Shown: positions 1 to 12,370 of the stretch, one piece after another
Layout of the letters: each line of letters begins with the position of its first letter
Position numbering within the stretch: the stretch's first letter is position 1
Assembly: GCF_035084215.1 (NCBI RefSeq)
Contig: NW_027138569.1
Coordinates: 248,001-312,000 of the forward strand
DNA from: Heptranchias perlo
Lineage: Eukaryota
Direction: 5' to 3'
DNA length: 64,000 nucleotides
Notes under the pieces: generated by a model
The model's database searches: none
Told to the model about the DNA's origin: nothing
Seen by the model: the letters and a program-made list of their open reading frames with translations, nothing else
Program-made: the position numbers and the translations under genes

Positions 1-390
1 CACCAGCCTAAACATTCAATCCCTTCACTACCAGTACACCGTTGCTGCAGTCTTTACCATCTACAGGATGCCCTGCAGCAACTCTCCAAGGCTTCTTCAA
101 CAGTAACTCCCAAAACCGCGACCACCACCACTTCGAAGGTCAAGAGCAGCCGGCCCATGGGAACAACACCACTGCACGTTCCCCTCTATGTCACACACTA
201 TCCCGACTTGGAAATATATCGCCGTTCCTTCATCGTCGCTGGGTCCAAATCCTGGAACTCCCTTCCTAACAGCACTGTGGGAGAACCATCACCACACGGA
301 CTGCCGCAGTTCAAAAAGGCGGCTCACCACCACCTTGAAAGGGCAATTAGGGATGGGTAATAAATGCTTGCCTTGCCAGCGATGCCCACA
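1..390 (+). mobile_element. LINE 3' end (shark CR1-clade family also at 2417-4300, 22020-23345, 30090-30305, 46463-46660)
   Basis: Near-identical to 22930-23340 (GGGTC.AAATCCTGGAACTCCCTTCCTAACAGCACTGTGGGAGAACC); RT C-terminal-like peptide KSWNSLPNSTVGEPSPHGL. Confidence 0.8.
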
Positions 391-644
391 CCAGCGTTCT
401 GTTTTAGACGAGCCACAACTTCCTCCAGTTGAAAATTGGGACGTCATTACCTTTGGCCCCACAATCTCCACATTCTTGCCACGGATTCCATCACCACCCC
501 TGGCTTTTTGATTGGTGAGTCGATCACCAATTATGCAAGCCTTTACTGACCTGCATTGGATTCCAGTCTCCTGAGCATGCTGTTCAATTTTATTGTTTTC
601 TTTCAAATTAATCCACCAGGGCCTCGCCCCTCCCTAACTCTGTC

Positions 645-965
645 AGAGGGTCAGTAATGAGGCAGCGCTTTACTGTTGGAGGTGCCGACTTTCATACGAT
701 GTGTTAATCCGCGGCTCCATCTGCTCTCTCAGGGAGATGTGAAAGATCCCACGGCACTATTCGAAAAAGAGCAAGGGTCCCCGGTGAATTGTCAATATTT
801 ATTCCTCAAACAACATTACTAAAACCGATTTTCTGGTAAGTTATCTCATTGCTGTTTGTGGGAGATTGCTGTGTCAACATTGGCTGCCGTGTTTCCTACA
901 TTGCCACAGTGACTAGGCTACAAATTGTACTTCATTGACAGTAAAGTGTATTGCGACGTCCTGAG
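645..965 (+). mobile_element. Deu-domain SINE fragment
   Basis: Colinear with 37160-37480; central GGAGGTGCCG.CTTTC...GTTAA.CCG.GG block recalled as the DeuSINE domain. Confidence 0.65.
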
Positions 966-1215
966 GTACCATAGTATTATAGCAGATACAGCACAGGATG
1001 AGGCTATTCGCCCCATCGTGAATGTGCCAGCTCTTTGAAAGAGCTATCCAATTAGTTGCATTGCCCGGCTCTTTCCCGATAGCCGCGTAAATTTTTCCCT
1101 TCAAGTATTTATCCAATTCGCTTTTTGGAAATTACCTTTGAATCAGCTTCCACCACCATTTCAATTGTAAACAATTTTACAACACCAAGTTATAGTCCAG
1201 CAATTTTATTTTAAA

Positions 1216-1254
1216 TTCACAAGCTTTCGGAGGCTTCCTCCTTCCTCAGGTGAA
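1216..1254 (-). ncRNA. Minimal type I hammerhead ribozyme motif
   Basis: Reverse complement reads UUCAC-CUGAGGA-A-GGAGG-AAG-CCUCC-GAAA-GCUU-GUGAA: core CUGANGA/GAAA, 5-bp stems I and II, palindromic AAGCUU in place of stem III. Confidence 0.7.
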
Positions 1255-1268
1255 CGATGTCGACATCG

Positions 1269-1307
1269 TTCACCTGATGAAGGAGGAAGCCTCCGAAAGC
1301 TTGTGAA
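1269..1307 (+). ncRNA. Minimal type I hammerhead ribozyme motif
   Basis: UUCAC-CUGAUGA-A-GGAGG-AAG-CCUCC-GAAA-GCUU-GUGAA. Confidence 0.75.
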
Positions 1308-2416
1308 TTTAAAATAAAATTGCTGGACTATAACTTGGTGTTATAAAATTGTTGACAATTGTCAACCCCAGTCCATCACTGGCATCTCCACATCTCCACC
1401 GGCATCTCCACCGGCATCTCCACATCATGACCACCATTTCAGGCAGTGCTTTACAGAACATTACAGCTCGCTGCGTAACAGAATGTTTCCTCATGTTGCC
1501 TCTGGCATTGTTGCCGATCTCCTTAAGTTTGTGCCCTCTGGTAACCGACCCGTCGACCGCTGACAATCGTTTATCCATTTTTACTATGTCAAAACCGTTC
1601 ATGATTTTTCACACCTCTATAAAATTTCCTCTTAATGTTCTTTGTTCCAAGGAGAACAACTCCAGCTTCTCCAGTCTCTCCACATAACTGAAATCCTTCA
1701 TCCCTGGAACCATTGTAGTAAATCTCTTCTGCACCGTCTCCAAGATCTTGACATCCTTCCTAAAGTTTGGTGCCCAAGAATTGGACACAATACTCCAGCT
1801 GAGGCCTAACCAGTATTTTTCTTTGGTTTGGCATAACTTCCTTCCCTCTATTAATAAAGCCCGGGATCCCATATGCTTTTTTAACAGGCTTCTGAACTTA
1901 TCCTGCCAACTTCAAACAGATGTGAATGCACACCCGCAGGTCTCTCTGTTCTTTCACTACTTTTAAAATTGTACCAGTTAGTTTATATTGGCTCTCCTCA
2001 TTCTTCCGAACAAAATGCATCACTTCACACTTCTCTGCGTTAAATTTCATCTGCCATGGGTCTGCTTATTTCACCAGTCTGTCCATGTCCTCCTGAAGTC
2101 TGTTACTACTCTCCATATTGCTTACTACAATTCTGAGTTTCGTTTTACGTGCAATCTTTGAAATTATACCCTCTATACCCGAGTCCAAGTCGTTAATATA
2201 TATCAAAAAGAGCAGTGGCCTCAATACTGACCACCGGGGAGCACCACTGTATACTTCCCTCGAGTCTGTTAATCAACCGTCCACCACTGTTCTCTGCTTT
2301 CTCTCCCTCAGGAAATTTTGTATCCACACTGCCACTGTCCCTGTAATGCCATGGGCTTTAATTTTGCTGACAAGTCTATCATGTGGTACCTTAACAAACG
2401 CATTCTGAAACTCCAT

Positions 2417-4300
2417 ATTTTTTTTATTCATTCATGGGATGTGGGCGTCGTTTGCAATTTCTGACCTTATGATGGAGGGAAGGTCATTGATGAAGCAGCT
2501 GAAGATGGTTGGGCCTCGGGCAATGCCCTGAGGAACACCTGCAGCAATGTCCTGGTGCTGAGCCGATCGGCCTCCAACAATGACTACCATCTTCCTTTCT
2601 GCAAGGTATGACTCCAGCCAATAGAGAGTTTCCCCCCTGATTCGCATTGACTTCAATTTTACTCGGGCTCCTTGGTGCTACATTCGGTAAAATGCTACCT
2701 TGAGGTCAAGGGCAGTCATTCTCACCTCACCTCTGGAATTCAGCTTTTTTGTCCATGTTTGGACCAATGCTAAGGTCTGGAGCCGAATGGTTGGCGGAAC
2801 CCAAACTGAGCATCGGTGAGCAGGTTATGGGTGAATAAGTGTCGCTTGACAGCACGGTCGACGACACCTTCCATCACTGTGCTGATGATTGAGTGCAGTC
2901 TGATGGGACGGTAATTGGGTCGATTGGATTTGTCCTGATTTTTGTCTGCAGGACACACCTGGGCAATATTCCACATTGTCGGCTAGATGACAGTATTGTA
3001 GCTGTACTGGAAGAGTTTGATCAGAGGCGCGGCTCGTTTACAACGTCTCCTCCTCCCGTTAGTTGCTTAATTGTCCACCACCATTCAAGACTGGATGTGG
3101 CAGGACTGCAGAGCTTTGATCTGATCCGTTGGTTGTGGAATAGCTTCGATCTGTCTATAGCATGTTGCTTCCGCTGCTTCGCCTGCATGTAGTCATGTGT
3201 TGTAGTTTTACCAGGTTGGCAGCTCGCTTTTAGGTACGCCTGGTGCTGCTCCTGGCATGCTCTTTGACACTCCTCATTGAACCAGGATTGATCACCTGGC
3301 TTGTTGGTAATGGTTCAGTGATGGATATGCCGTGCCATGAGGTTACAGATTGTGCTGGAATACAACTTCTGCTGCTGCTGATGGCCCACAGCGCCTCATG
3401 GATGCCCAGTTTTGAGCTGCTAGATCTGTCCTGAATCTATCCCATTTAGCACGGTGGTAGTGCCACACAACACTTCGGAAGGTGTCCTCAGTGTGAAGTC
3501 GGGACTTGGTCTCCACAAGGACTGTGCGGTGGTCATGCCTACCAATACTGTCATAGACAGATGCATCCACGTCCGGTAGATTGGTGAGGACGAGGTCAAG
3601 TCGGTTTCACCCTCGTGTTGGTTCACTCACCACCTGCCGCAGGCCCAGTCTGGCAGCTAAGTCCTTCAGGGCTCGGCCAGCTCGGTCAGTCGTGGTGCTG
3701 CCGAGCCACTCCTGGACATTCAAGACCCCCATCCAGCGTAAATTTTGTGACCTTGCCATACTCACTGCTGCCTTCAGGTGGTGCTCAACATGGAGGGGGG
3801 CTGATTCATGAGCTGAGGGAGTGCGATCGGTGGTAATCAACAGGAGGTTTCCTTGCCCATTTTTGACCTGATGTCATAAGATTTCATGGGGTCCGGAGTC
3901 AATGTTACGGACTCCCAGGGCCACTCCCTCCTGACTGTATATCACTGTACCACCACCCCTGGTCGGTCTGTCTTGCCGGTGGGACAGGACATACCCAGGG
4001 ATGGTGTAGGAAGAGTCTGGGACGTTGGCTGAAAGGTATGATTCTGTGAGTATGGCAATGTCATGCTGTTGCTTGACTAGTCTGTGTGATAGCTCTTCCC
4101 AATTTTCGCACAAATCCCCAGATATTAGTGAGGAGGACTTTGCAGGGGCGACTGGGTTTGGTTTGCCTTTTTCGTGTCCGGTGCCTCGTGGCTCCATGCC
4201 GTGTGGTCTGTCCGGTTTTTTGCTTATGATGACTTTGTGTAGCGAGATTGTACAACTGAGTGTCTTGCTAGGCCATTTCAGAATGTGATTAAGAGTAGTT
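2417..4300 (-). mobile_element. LINE ORF2 remnant (APE endonuclease + RT), internally deleted and frameshifted
   Basis: Minus-strand peptides DIAILTESYL...PGYVLSHRQDRPTRGGGTVIY, NYRPIRL, GVPQG..GPTIFSCFINDLP. The 3' tail (2417-2452) is fused directly to the RT interior. Confidence 0.85.
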
Positions 4301-4884
4301 TCATGGTAGTTTCAGAGCCACCATTACTGATACTAGTTTTTTTTGAATTCTAGATTTTATTTAAGTAATTGAATTTAAATTCCCCAGCTGTTACGGCGGG
4401 ATTTGAACTAATGATTCCGGATTAGTTGTCCAGTAATATTACCTCCATGCAACCATATCCTTAATTTGAATGAGGAGGTCACGGGTCGGTTTGCTGTCGA
4501 TGTGGAGATGGGACAGGTTGGCCAATGGAGAGATGTAAGCGAATTTTAAATTTGAGTGGTATGGAACTGTGAACCAGTGAGGGTCAGTGAGGTCAAGCTG
4601 GACTTGGTGGTGGTTAGATGGTGGAGATTGTGTGGCCCGCCAGGAGTGCATTGGAGGAATGGAGCCTGGAGGGAGAGAGACATTGATGAGGCATTAGTGG
4701 CAATGGGCCGAGGAAGGAATGGAGGCGGCTGAGGGAATCACAGGGTCTTTGTGATGGAGGTTAAATCGGGTCCAGAGCTCAGCTCCGTGTTCCATGGCGA
4801 CAATTTTACTGGAGCCGTTAACCAATGTAGAATAAAAAGGTAAACATTTGCAGTGAAATAGCGGAGAGAGGAGTGTCAATGGGG

Positions 4885-5028
4885 AACATTCAGTGTCCGT
4901 CCCCTAATATCACCCACAGTCATTACTAGACTGCAATCCTCAACCTGCCATTTAACACGTTCAGTGTCCGTCCCCTGATATCACCCACGGTCATTTCTAC
5001 GCTGCAATCCTCAACCTGCCCTTTAACT
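4885..5028. repeat. Tandem duplication, about 72 bp x2
   Basis: TTCAGTGTCCGTCCCCT.ATATCACCCAC.GTCATT...CTGCAATCCTCAACCTGCC.TTTAAC occurs twice. Confidence 0.8.
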
Positions 5029-5518
5029 GTCCTCGTATCAGAGACTCAAATTCATATTTTAACTGGGAAACTTCAGGAACAGAGTGAAACGGGTCTGTTT
5101 ATGTCCCTGGATTCAGTGTACACTGCGGAGAAATCTCTACAAATTATAAATGAATCGCCAGGAGTGAAGATAGTCAATACAATTAGAGGAAAACTGTAAA
5201 TGAAGCCGCTCATAATTGTTGGATCAGTCCTGTGTGATTACAGCTTTTAACTTTATTCCTGAGAGAGGTCTGATTAATTTAATGTCTTGGACTTTGAGAT
5301 GCTTATGATATTTAGACCACATTATTTACATCGGAGTCATAGCTGCCTCTGTAATGTGTTTGTTCAATAGACTGTAAATGATGGCAGTCATCAGAGTATA
5401 ACCTTGTCATTGGAGAATTAATCCCTGTTTATATCAGGGCTTGTTGGAATGGATCAGCTCAGATTGCCCGCCCGAGTTGTGGTGTCCAGACCAACAGAAG
5501 TCAGTGCTTCTCACAGAA

Positions 5519-5588
5519 ATGGGATATCAAGTAATCCAACAGATAGAACGCATTTATTATCCTGTTCTTGCAGCCTTCGGAGTTCCGG
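5519..5588 (+). CDS. GPR139-like class A GPCR, coding exon 1 (MGYQVIQQIERIYYPVLAAFGVP)
   Basis: ATG at 5519; YYPVLAAFGVP is a TM1 start. Phase-1 donor G|GTAAGC at 5589 joins in frame to the acceptor at 7863, giving GVP-V-NLVAI. Confidence 0.85.
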
Positions 5589-7863
5589 GTAAGCCGTTTA
5601 CCTCAGCTGTTAATGGTGTAAATTGATGACTCTGCTGCTGTACTTAGCAATTTATTTTCTCCCTGCATGTTTTACACAGTCGCCTGTTCTGTTCTATCTA
5701 CTGAATGAAGGAATGTGTTAATTCTCTGCACTTTCAGTAGTGTAGGAGTGTCATTATATCTGTATTGACCTTTGTATGTCCAGCCGTGGCGTTGTTACTG
5801 GATAATTGTCTGTACTGAATGTTGTGTAATGGTATGTCCATAGATTCTAAACGTTCGGTCTTGTAATAGTTACATTATATCCTTAGTGACCTTTGTGTAT
5901 CCAACCCTACCATTGTGACTGGGTTATTCTCCACTGAATGTATTGGAATCAGGTGTCTGGGCAAAGAGCTGGTATCAGACCATCAGAAGTTGTTAACAGT
6001 TTAATGCTGTGGAACTATCCTGTCCTGGAATATTTTTTCATTAATGTGTTTTCAGTGATTGATTATGAGACAGCTCAGCGTCTCAGTGTTACATGGAGGC
6101 AGTGCAATATCCTCCCTCCCCAATAATATGCTTCAGTTAAACTGGGATTAAATTGTATTTATTGGTTATCACTGTTGTGAAATATTATTTCATTATGTGT
6201 GTATCTGACGCCGCTTCAGATGTCTGGTTACTGAACTGAGTTTGCTGCTGACACTTTCACATCTCCTCCTCCGCTTCACTGTGGATAAATTCACGGACTG
6301 TCACTGGACTTCACTGTAAAATGAAAAGTTTTGAGGTTATGTTGCATCAGTTTGCACTGTATCAGTTGCAATCAAGAGCCCTTCTTTTTATCTGCAGATT
6401 ATAAGTATGATGTTGGCATTTTGTTAATTGAACAATCCCACCATCTAACACTTTACTTTATAATTACAGGAGAAGGAATCTCAATTATTGTGAAATCTGT
6501 CTGGAAGAGGCATTTGAATCTGTCTTTTCCATGATTTGTAGATGAAGTGAACAGTGTAGGTGAACAGGTGGAGACTTGAATGATCTGTCGGAACATTAAA
6601 CTGTTCAACAGAGGCATCACTATTTAACAAACTGACACTGAGAATAGGATCGGTGCAACAAGTGGATGGTGAGCAGAATGCAAGGGCAGGATGATAGGAT
6701 TTAATCGGATATGAAAATGAAGTTGAGAAGGAGAGTAGAGTGAGTGATAGAGAGGGCGACTGAGAGGGAAAGCGAGTGGCTGTGGTGTGAATAATTTATC
6801 AGAATCAACTGTTGAAACTTCTAGTACATTTAAACATAGAGAGTGTAACTTGAAGGTGTTATTATGATGTTGTCAGTTTGGGCGAGTTTTGATTCTCGGA
6901 CTCGCTCCTCATGTTTATATCACTGTCAGGTCCTCACTCCGTTTTCGTGAATGTTCCTTGTTTCCCAACAAATCTCTGAACATAATTAAAATTTACTTAA
7001 AGAACAGAATCTGTAATTTCGTCATCGCATTGGATTATTCAGATACTGCAGTTTTGAAGCTCGGAAGGATTCAATAAAAAACAAGGTCGATTTAATTCAT
7101 ACTTTTAAATTTAATTTTAATTGAATGTACAAAGTAATGTTAATTAACACATTTTTTTACCCAACACATGTTCCCTGACACCAATAACCACAGAAATGAA
7201 CTGTTAACTCTCCGAGTTGGATTGTGTTATTGGGACTTAAAGATTAGATTTCCTCTAACGCTCTGCTGCAGTCTCTCCCTGTGAATCCCAGCCTCTCCTC
7301 TCACTGCAATTGAATCATCTGTCTCCTCATCAGTTGCTTCAGTTGATCAACATTCCCAAACCATCTGCTCCTGACTCCCCTCCAGCTCCGACATGTTATT
7401 TTCCTTATCTGCTTCCCAATCTCACTCACTGGCTCGGTCTCCAGCTGCCTTTCCCGTTTACTGCCAGCCTCTATCGGCTGTCTTCACCCAGAGCAACAAA
7501 CCAGCCGCATATCTTCCTGTCCCCTCATCTTCCCGACATTCGCTCCATTTCCCGTCCGTCTAGAGGCCAAATCCGCCTTTAATGCGCTCTATTCCGACTC
7601 GGTAAAACCCCTTCTTCCTTCACTACCGGCACTGCACCCTCACTCGGCCCTTCCAGTGGACACGGTGCTCACTTTGTTCACTTTCTGTATCGATTTCCCA
7701 ATTCATTTCTCTGCCCGGAAACGCTGCCCAATTCAATGAACTAGTTTCCACCGTTCGATGCAGCAAGAAAGCGGGAAATTTCACCCCAGATCCTCCCAAA
7801 CTGCTGCTTTGGCTCCAAGTCTGATCAGTAATTTCCCCGCTTTCTTTTCTCTCTCTCTTACAG

Positions 7864-8768
7864 TTAACTTGGTGGCGATTGCGATTCTGTCCCGAGGAAA
7901 GTGCGGTCTCTCCAAATGTATCAGTCGCTATCTGTTGGCAATGGCAGTGGCCGATCTCCTGGTCGTTACAGCTGGTGTGATATTGAGGTGGATTGGTACG
8001 ATTTATTTCCGAGGTTCATTCCTGTTCATTACTCCCGTGTGTAGTTTTATTATTTTCTTGAGTTATGCAACCGTGGTTGTTTCTGTTTGGTTAACAGTCG
8101 CTTTCACCTTTGATCGATTTGTGGCCATTTGTTATGAGAAGCTGAAAATTAAATATTGCACTGAGAAAACGGCGGCTGTGGTTCTGGGAACAGTGAGTGT
8201 GCTGGGCTGTTTAGAGAGTCTCCCCTGGTACTTTACATATGAACCTGGAATTATAAAGCATAATGTTCCCCGGGGTTGCATGCTTAAACTGAGCTACCTT
8301 ACTTCCCCTGCATGGGCCGCATTTGACATGTTTCACCTCACTTTAACTCCTTTCCTTCCGTTCTGTCTGATTTTGCTGCTCAATGCTCTGACGGTCAGAC
8401 GTATTTTAATCTCCAGTCGAGTCCGCGGGGGATTCCGCAGCCGGAGCAATGGAGAGAATCACAAGGATCCAGAGATGGAGAACCGAAAGAAATCGATCAT
8501 TTTGCTCTTCAGTATATCGGGCAGTTTTATTGTGTTATGGTTGCCACGGGTTGCATTTTACATTCATCTGCGAGTAACAGACATTCGGTATTATTACTCC
8601 TACACTGACCCTGTTTATATCACAGAACACACATCAGTTATGCTGCAGCTTCTCAGTTCCTGCACAAACACGTGTATTTATGTCCTGACCCAGACTAAAT
8701 TCAGAGAGGAGCTGAAGAACGCGGTAAAATACCCACTCAATCTAATTGTTAAATTAGTGAGATCATAG
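7864..8768 (+). CDS. GPR139-like class A GPCR, coding exon 2 (spliced protein about 324 aa)
   Basis: Polypyrimidine tract plus CAG acceptor. Open frame with seven hydrophobic segments and motifs LAMAVADL (TM2), FTFDRFVAIC (TM3), SFIVLWLP (TM6), SSCTNTCIY (TM7), KFREEL (helix 8). Confidence 0.9.
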
Positions 8769-9102
8769 AAAGAGCTGAAGGGTTTCAAGCAGGAGAACTG
8801 AATCCCATTTCAGACTCCATCCTCCACACTTCCCAGGGGACGGAAAGTACATTTTAAATTAGCAGCACAGAGCCATGAAATGATCTTAAATCGGATTCTG
8901 ATGTTATATTTTATTGATTATCTGATATATTGAGGCAGGATTTGCTTTGCAGACAACATTTGAATTGTTGATCAAAATGGCAGCATTAAACAGCTCAAAT
9001 GTACTTATCCTAAATGACCGCCCTTCAAAATGGGCAAATCTGGCAATCAAAGTAGCTGCGGTGGGCCTGATCGGAATCGGTGCACTCCACGTAAGTGGTG
9101 AT

Positions 9103-9470
9103 ATAGAGAGACAGAGAGAGGGAGAGGGAGAAAGTGAGAGAGACAGATATACAGAGGGAAAGAGAGAAACAGAGAGAGAGAGAGACGAATCGAGACACAG
9201 AGAGACAGGGGGAGAGAGAGACAGGGAGTGACAGGGAGAAAGCGAGAGAGACTCGAGAGACTGAGGGATCGCGAGACAGAAAGAGAGACAGTTGCAGAGG
9301 CATAGAGAGAAAGAGAGTGATAGATAGAGAGAGAGACGGGGGTAGAGGGAGAGACGGAGATAGAGAGAGAGGGAGAGGCAGAGAGACAGAGGGACAGAGA
9401 GTGAAAAAAGAGAGAGACACACATACAGAGAGAAAGAAAGACAGAGTGAAACAAGAAGAGAAAACAGGAC
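9103..9470. repeat. GA-rich low-complexity tract
   Basis: Degenerate (GA)n/(GAGACA)n. Confidence 0.9.
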
Positions 9471-9902
9471 CGATATTATAAAATTATAATTTGACGCTTA
9501 TTTTTTTTTTGGTTTACTGCACATGAACACACCATAACCAAAAAAAAAGAGAAAACAGGGAAAAAGAGAGCCAGACTGAGAGGGAGAGAGAGAAAGACCA
9601 AGAAACAGAGAGATAGTGGGAGCGGTGGCAGAGAAAGAGGTAAGCCGAGAGAGTAAAACAGAGCATGAGAAGGAGAGAGAGACAACCAGAGCGTTGGGTA
9701 TGGAGACCACTAGTGAAATGGTCAGTTGCAGGTGCCGTATAATGCTTCAAAATATAATCATTTTATAATCCCCCTATATGTAATTCCCTCTCTATAATTA
9801 TGGGTTTAAATTTATCCCGACCAACATTTCTCACCTGACTTATGGGAATGAACTTTCTTGATCTCCGGCCGTCGAACATTCCTCCCGTAGTGATCACATA
9901 AA

Positions 9903-10740
9903 TGGAATCATAGAATCTTACAGCGCAGAAGGAGGCCATTTGGCCCATCGTGCCGGTGCCGGCTCTTTGAAAGACATATCCAATTAGTCCCACACCCCTA
10001 CTCTATTCCCATATCCCTGCAATTTTCTCCCATTCGAGTATGTATCCAATTCCCTTTTTAAATTTACTATTGAACCTGCTTCCACCACCCTTTCAAGCAG
10101 TTCTTTCCAGATCCTAACAACTCGCTGCGTAGAATAAAGCCTCCTCATCTCCCCTTGGTTTTTTTGCCTATTATCTTAAATCTGTGAAAATTGATAACCG
10201 CCTCTCGGACCAATGGAAACAGTTTCTCCCTATTTATTCCATCAAAATCCCTCAGAATATTGAACAGCTCCATTAAATCTCTCCCTAACGTTCCCTGCTC
10301 TGCGGAGAACAATCCCAGCGTCTCCACTTTCTCCACATAAAAGCAGTTCCTCATGCCTAGTACCATTCTTGTATGTATCTCCTGCAGCCCCTTGAAGAAC
10401 CTGACGTCTTTCCTAAAGTGTGGTGCCCAGAATGAGGCATATCGGGTGATTGATGAAGGTTTAGCATAAATTCCTTGTTTTTATACTCTATGTCTCTATT
10501 TATAAAGCCAATGCTTTTTAATGAGACTTATCAATCTGTCCTGCCGCCTTCAAAGTTGTGTGTACCTAAACCTTTAGTATTCTGTACCTACAAAACTTTT
10601 AAAATTGTACCATTTGTTTTATATTGCCTCTCCCCATTCTTCCTACCAAAATGCGTCACTTCACACTTCTCAGCATTAAATTTAATCGGCCAAATGTCTG
10701 CCCATTTCACCAGTCTGTCCATGTTCTCCTGAATTCTGTT
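9903..10740 (-). mobile_element. CR1-type LINE 3' fragment
   Basis: Starts with the reverse complement of the ATTCTATG tail; minus-strand peptide LGLFSAEQGTLGRDLMELFNILRDFDGINREKLFPL. Confidence 0.85.
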
Positions 10741-10802
10741 TCAATTATCATGTAATTGAATTGTATAGAACTACCCCTGTAGGATATTCACTGCTGCTTC
10801 TG

Positions 10803-10804
<2 letters not shown>

Positions 10805-10840
<36 letters not shown>

Positions 10841-12370
10841 CTGTGTGTGTGTGTGTGTATGAGAGAGAGAGAGCGGAAGAGAAAGAAAGGAAGAGAGGGA
10901 GGCATGGAAAGGAGGAGACACAGTTACACAAGGGGACATAATAAAGCAGGCAGGCAGAAAGTGAAAGTGAGAGAATGGGAAAGTCAAAGTCAGAAACAGA
11001 TATAGAGATAGAGGGAGAGATAATAGGGAAGAGAGAGACAGAAAGGAAGAGAATGAAAATGCATAATAATAATCAGTGACTAAGGAGGAGAAAGGTAAAG
11101 ACAGAAAAAAAAACATGAGAGACCACTAGAAAGACATAAAGACAGAGAGAGATATTGCCGGAGAAACAAACAACGATAGTCAGAAATAAACACAGAAAGG
11201 AAAAAGCATGAAGTGAAGAAACAGAGGGAAGGCAGCACGTGGGCCAGAGAAAAGAAGTGATATGGAGAGAGACAAAAATTTAAATAGAAAGACACGGAGA
11301 GAGAACACAACGACAAAAGAAATATAATGATCAAAATACAAAGAAAAGTAAGACAGATTCACATAAAAGGCGGAGGGGTGGGGCAATCTGTGTGAGTGAG
11401 ATCGAATCAAAGAGGGGCAGAGATGGAGAAAAATAAGGAGATTTATTAAGACAAGAGAGAAAAATAAAGGAAGAAAAAAAGCGGAGATATATTATATATA
11501 TATATATATATATGTGGCAGAGAGAGAGAGAACGCACTCATGAATGGAACCAGAGAAAGATACACTGACGAGGAATTACAACGTGCTAGAATCGGAGAGA
11601 TAAATAGACAGAAGAAATCAATTCAAAATAACCAGAGACTGATAGAGAGGCAGAGGAGGATAGGGTCAGACATGAAGTAAGACAATGAGAGAGAGAAAGA
11701 AAGAGGACTAGAAAGCAAGGAGAAAATAGAAAACAGAAGAGAGGAGGAGAAATACGACAATTCAAACTGAGATTGAAAGAAATGGAATGAAGTACAGAAC
11801 CAGATGAAAAGAAGAGATCGGGAAGTCAACTCGCAACAGAAAGAAAGAAGTAGACAGAAACAGAGCTGGAGAGAGTGGGACATAAACAGAATGAAATAAA
11901 GACGGATGAAAAAAGGGAGAAGGAAGAACGAGGTAGAGAAAAGGAAAACGGAAAAGTAGATACACAGAGAGAAACAAAGAGCGAGATCGACAGAGGGAAT
12001 AAAAAGAGAGAGAAGGATACGGAGAGAGAGGTGGAAAGAAAAAAAGACGGATGAAGTCAGAGAGAGGGAGAGACAACGAGGGAAAGGGGCAGGGAAGCTG
12101 ATGTGAAAAAGAGACAGAGAAGGCAAAGAGAGAAGATAGGCAGCGTCATGCAGACAGAGAGAGAGGCGCATAGAAAAAAGCCAAGAATAACAGGAAGAAA
12201 AAGATAGAGATACAAACAGCACCAGAGAGACAGAAATTAAAGTAGAAATGTAAAAAACAAGATTGAAAAACACACAGGAGATAAACAGAGATAAACGATA
12301 TACACAGAGGACAGACACGTAGAAACATGAACAAAGATAAAACGTGACACAAGGTAGAGGCAGAAACCAT
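10805..12370. repeat. (TG)n microsatellite followed by a 1.5-kb purine-rich tract with a (TA)n run
   Basis: Direct inspection. Confidence 0.9.

Larger units (their letters stand above)
1164..1429. mobile_element. Non-autonomous Penelope-like fold-back element: 200-bp palindrome plus tail
   Basis: 1162-1361 is a palindrome centred on GTCGAC (1259-1264) with 3 mismatches in 100 bp. 12-bp TSD ACCACCATTTCA at 1152-1163 and 1430-1441. Arms and tail (ACCCCAGTCCATCAC.GGCATCTCCACATC) are homologous to the termini of the GIY-YIG element at 33151-34538. Confidence 0.85.
975..2416 (-). mobile_element. CR1-type LINE 3' portion (degenerate RT), interrupted by a Penelope-like insertion
   Basis: Minus-strand peptides LETVQKRFTTMVPGMKDFSYVERLEKLELFSLEQRTLRG and TRGHKLKEIG are typical CR1 ORF2 C-terminus. 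Confidence 0.85.

Noticed and set aside
7758-7863. ORF-track N-terminus MQQESGKF... of the GPCR
   Set aside because: Runs through intron and polypyrimidine tract; the real TM1 start comes from the exon at 5519-5588.
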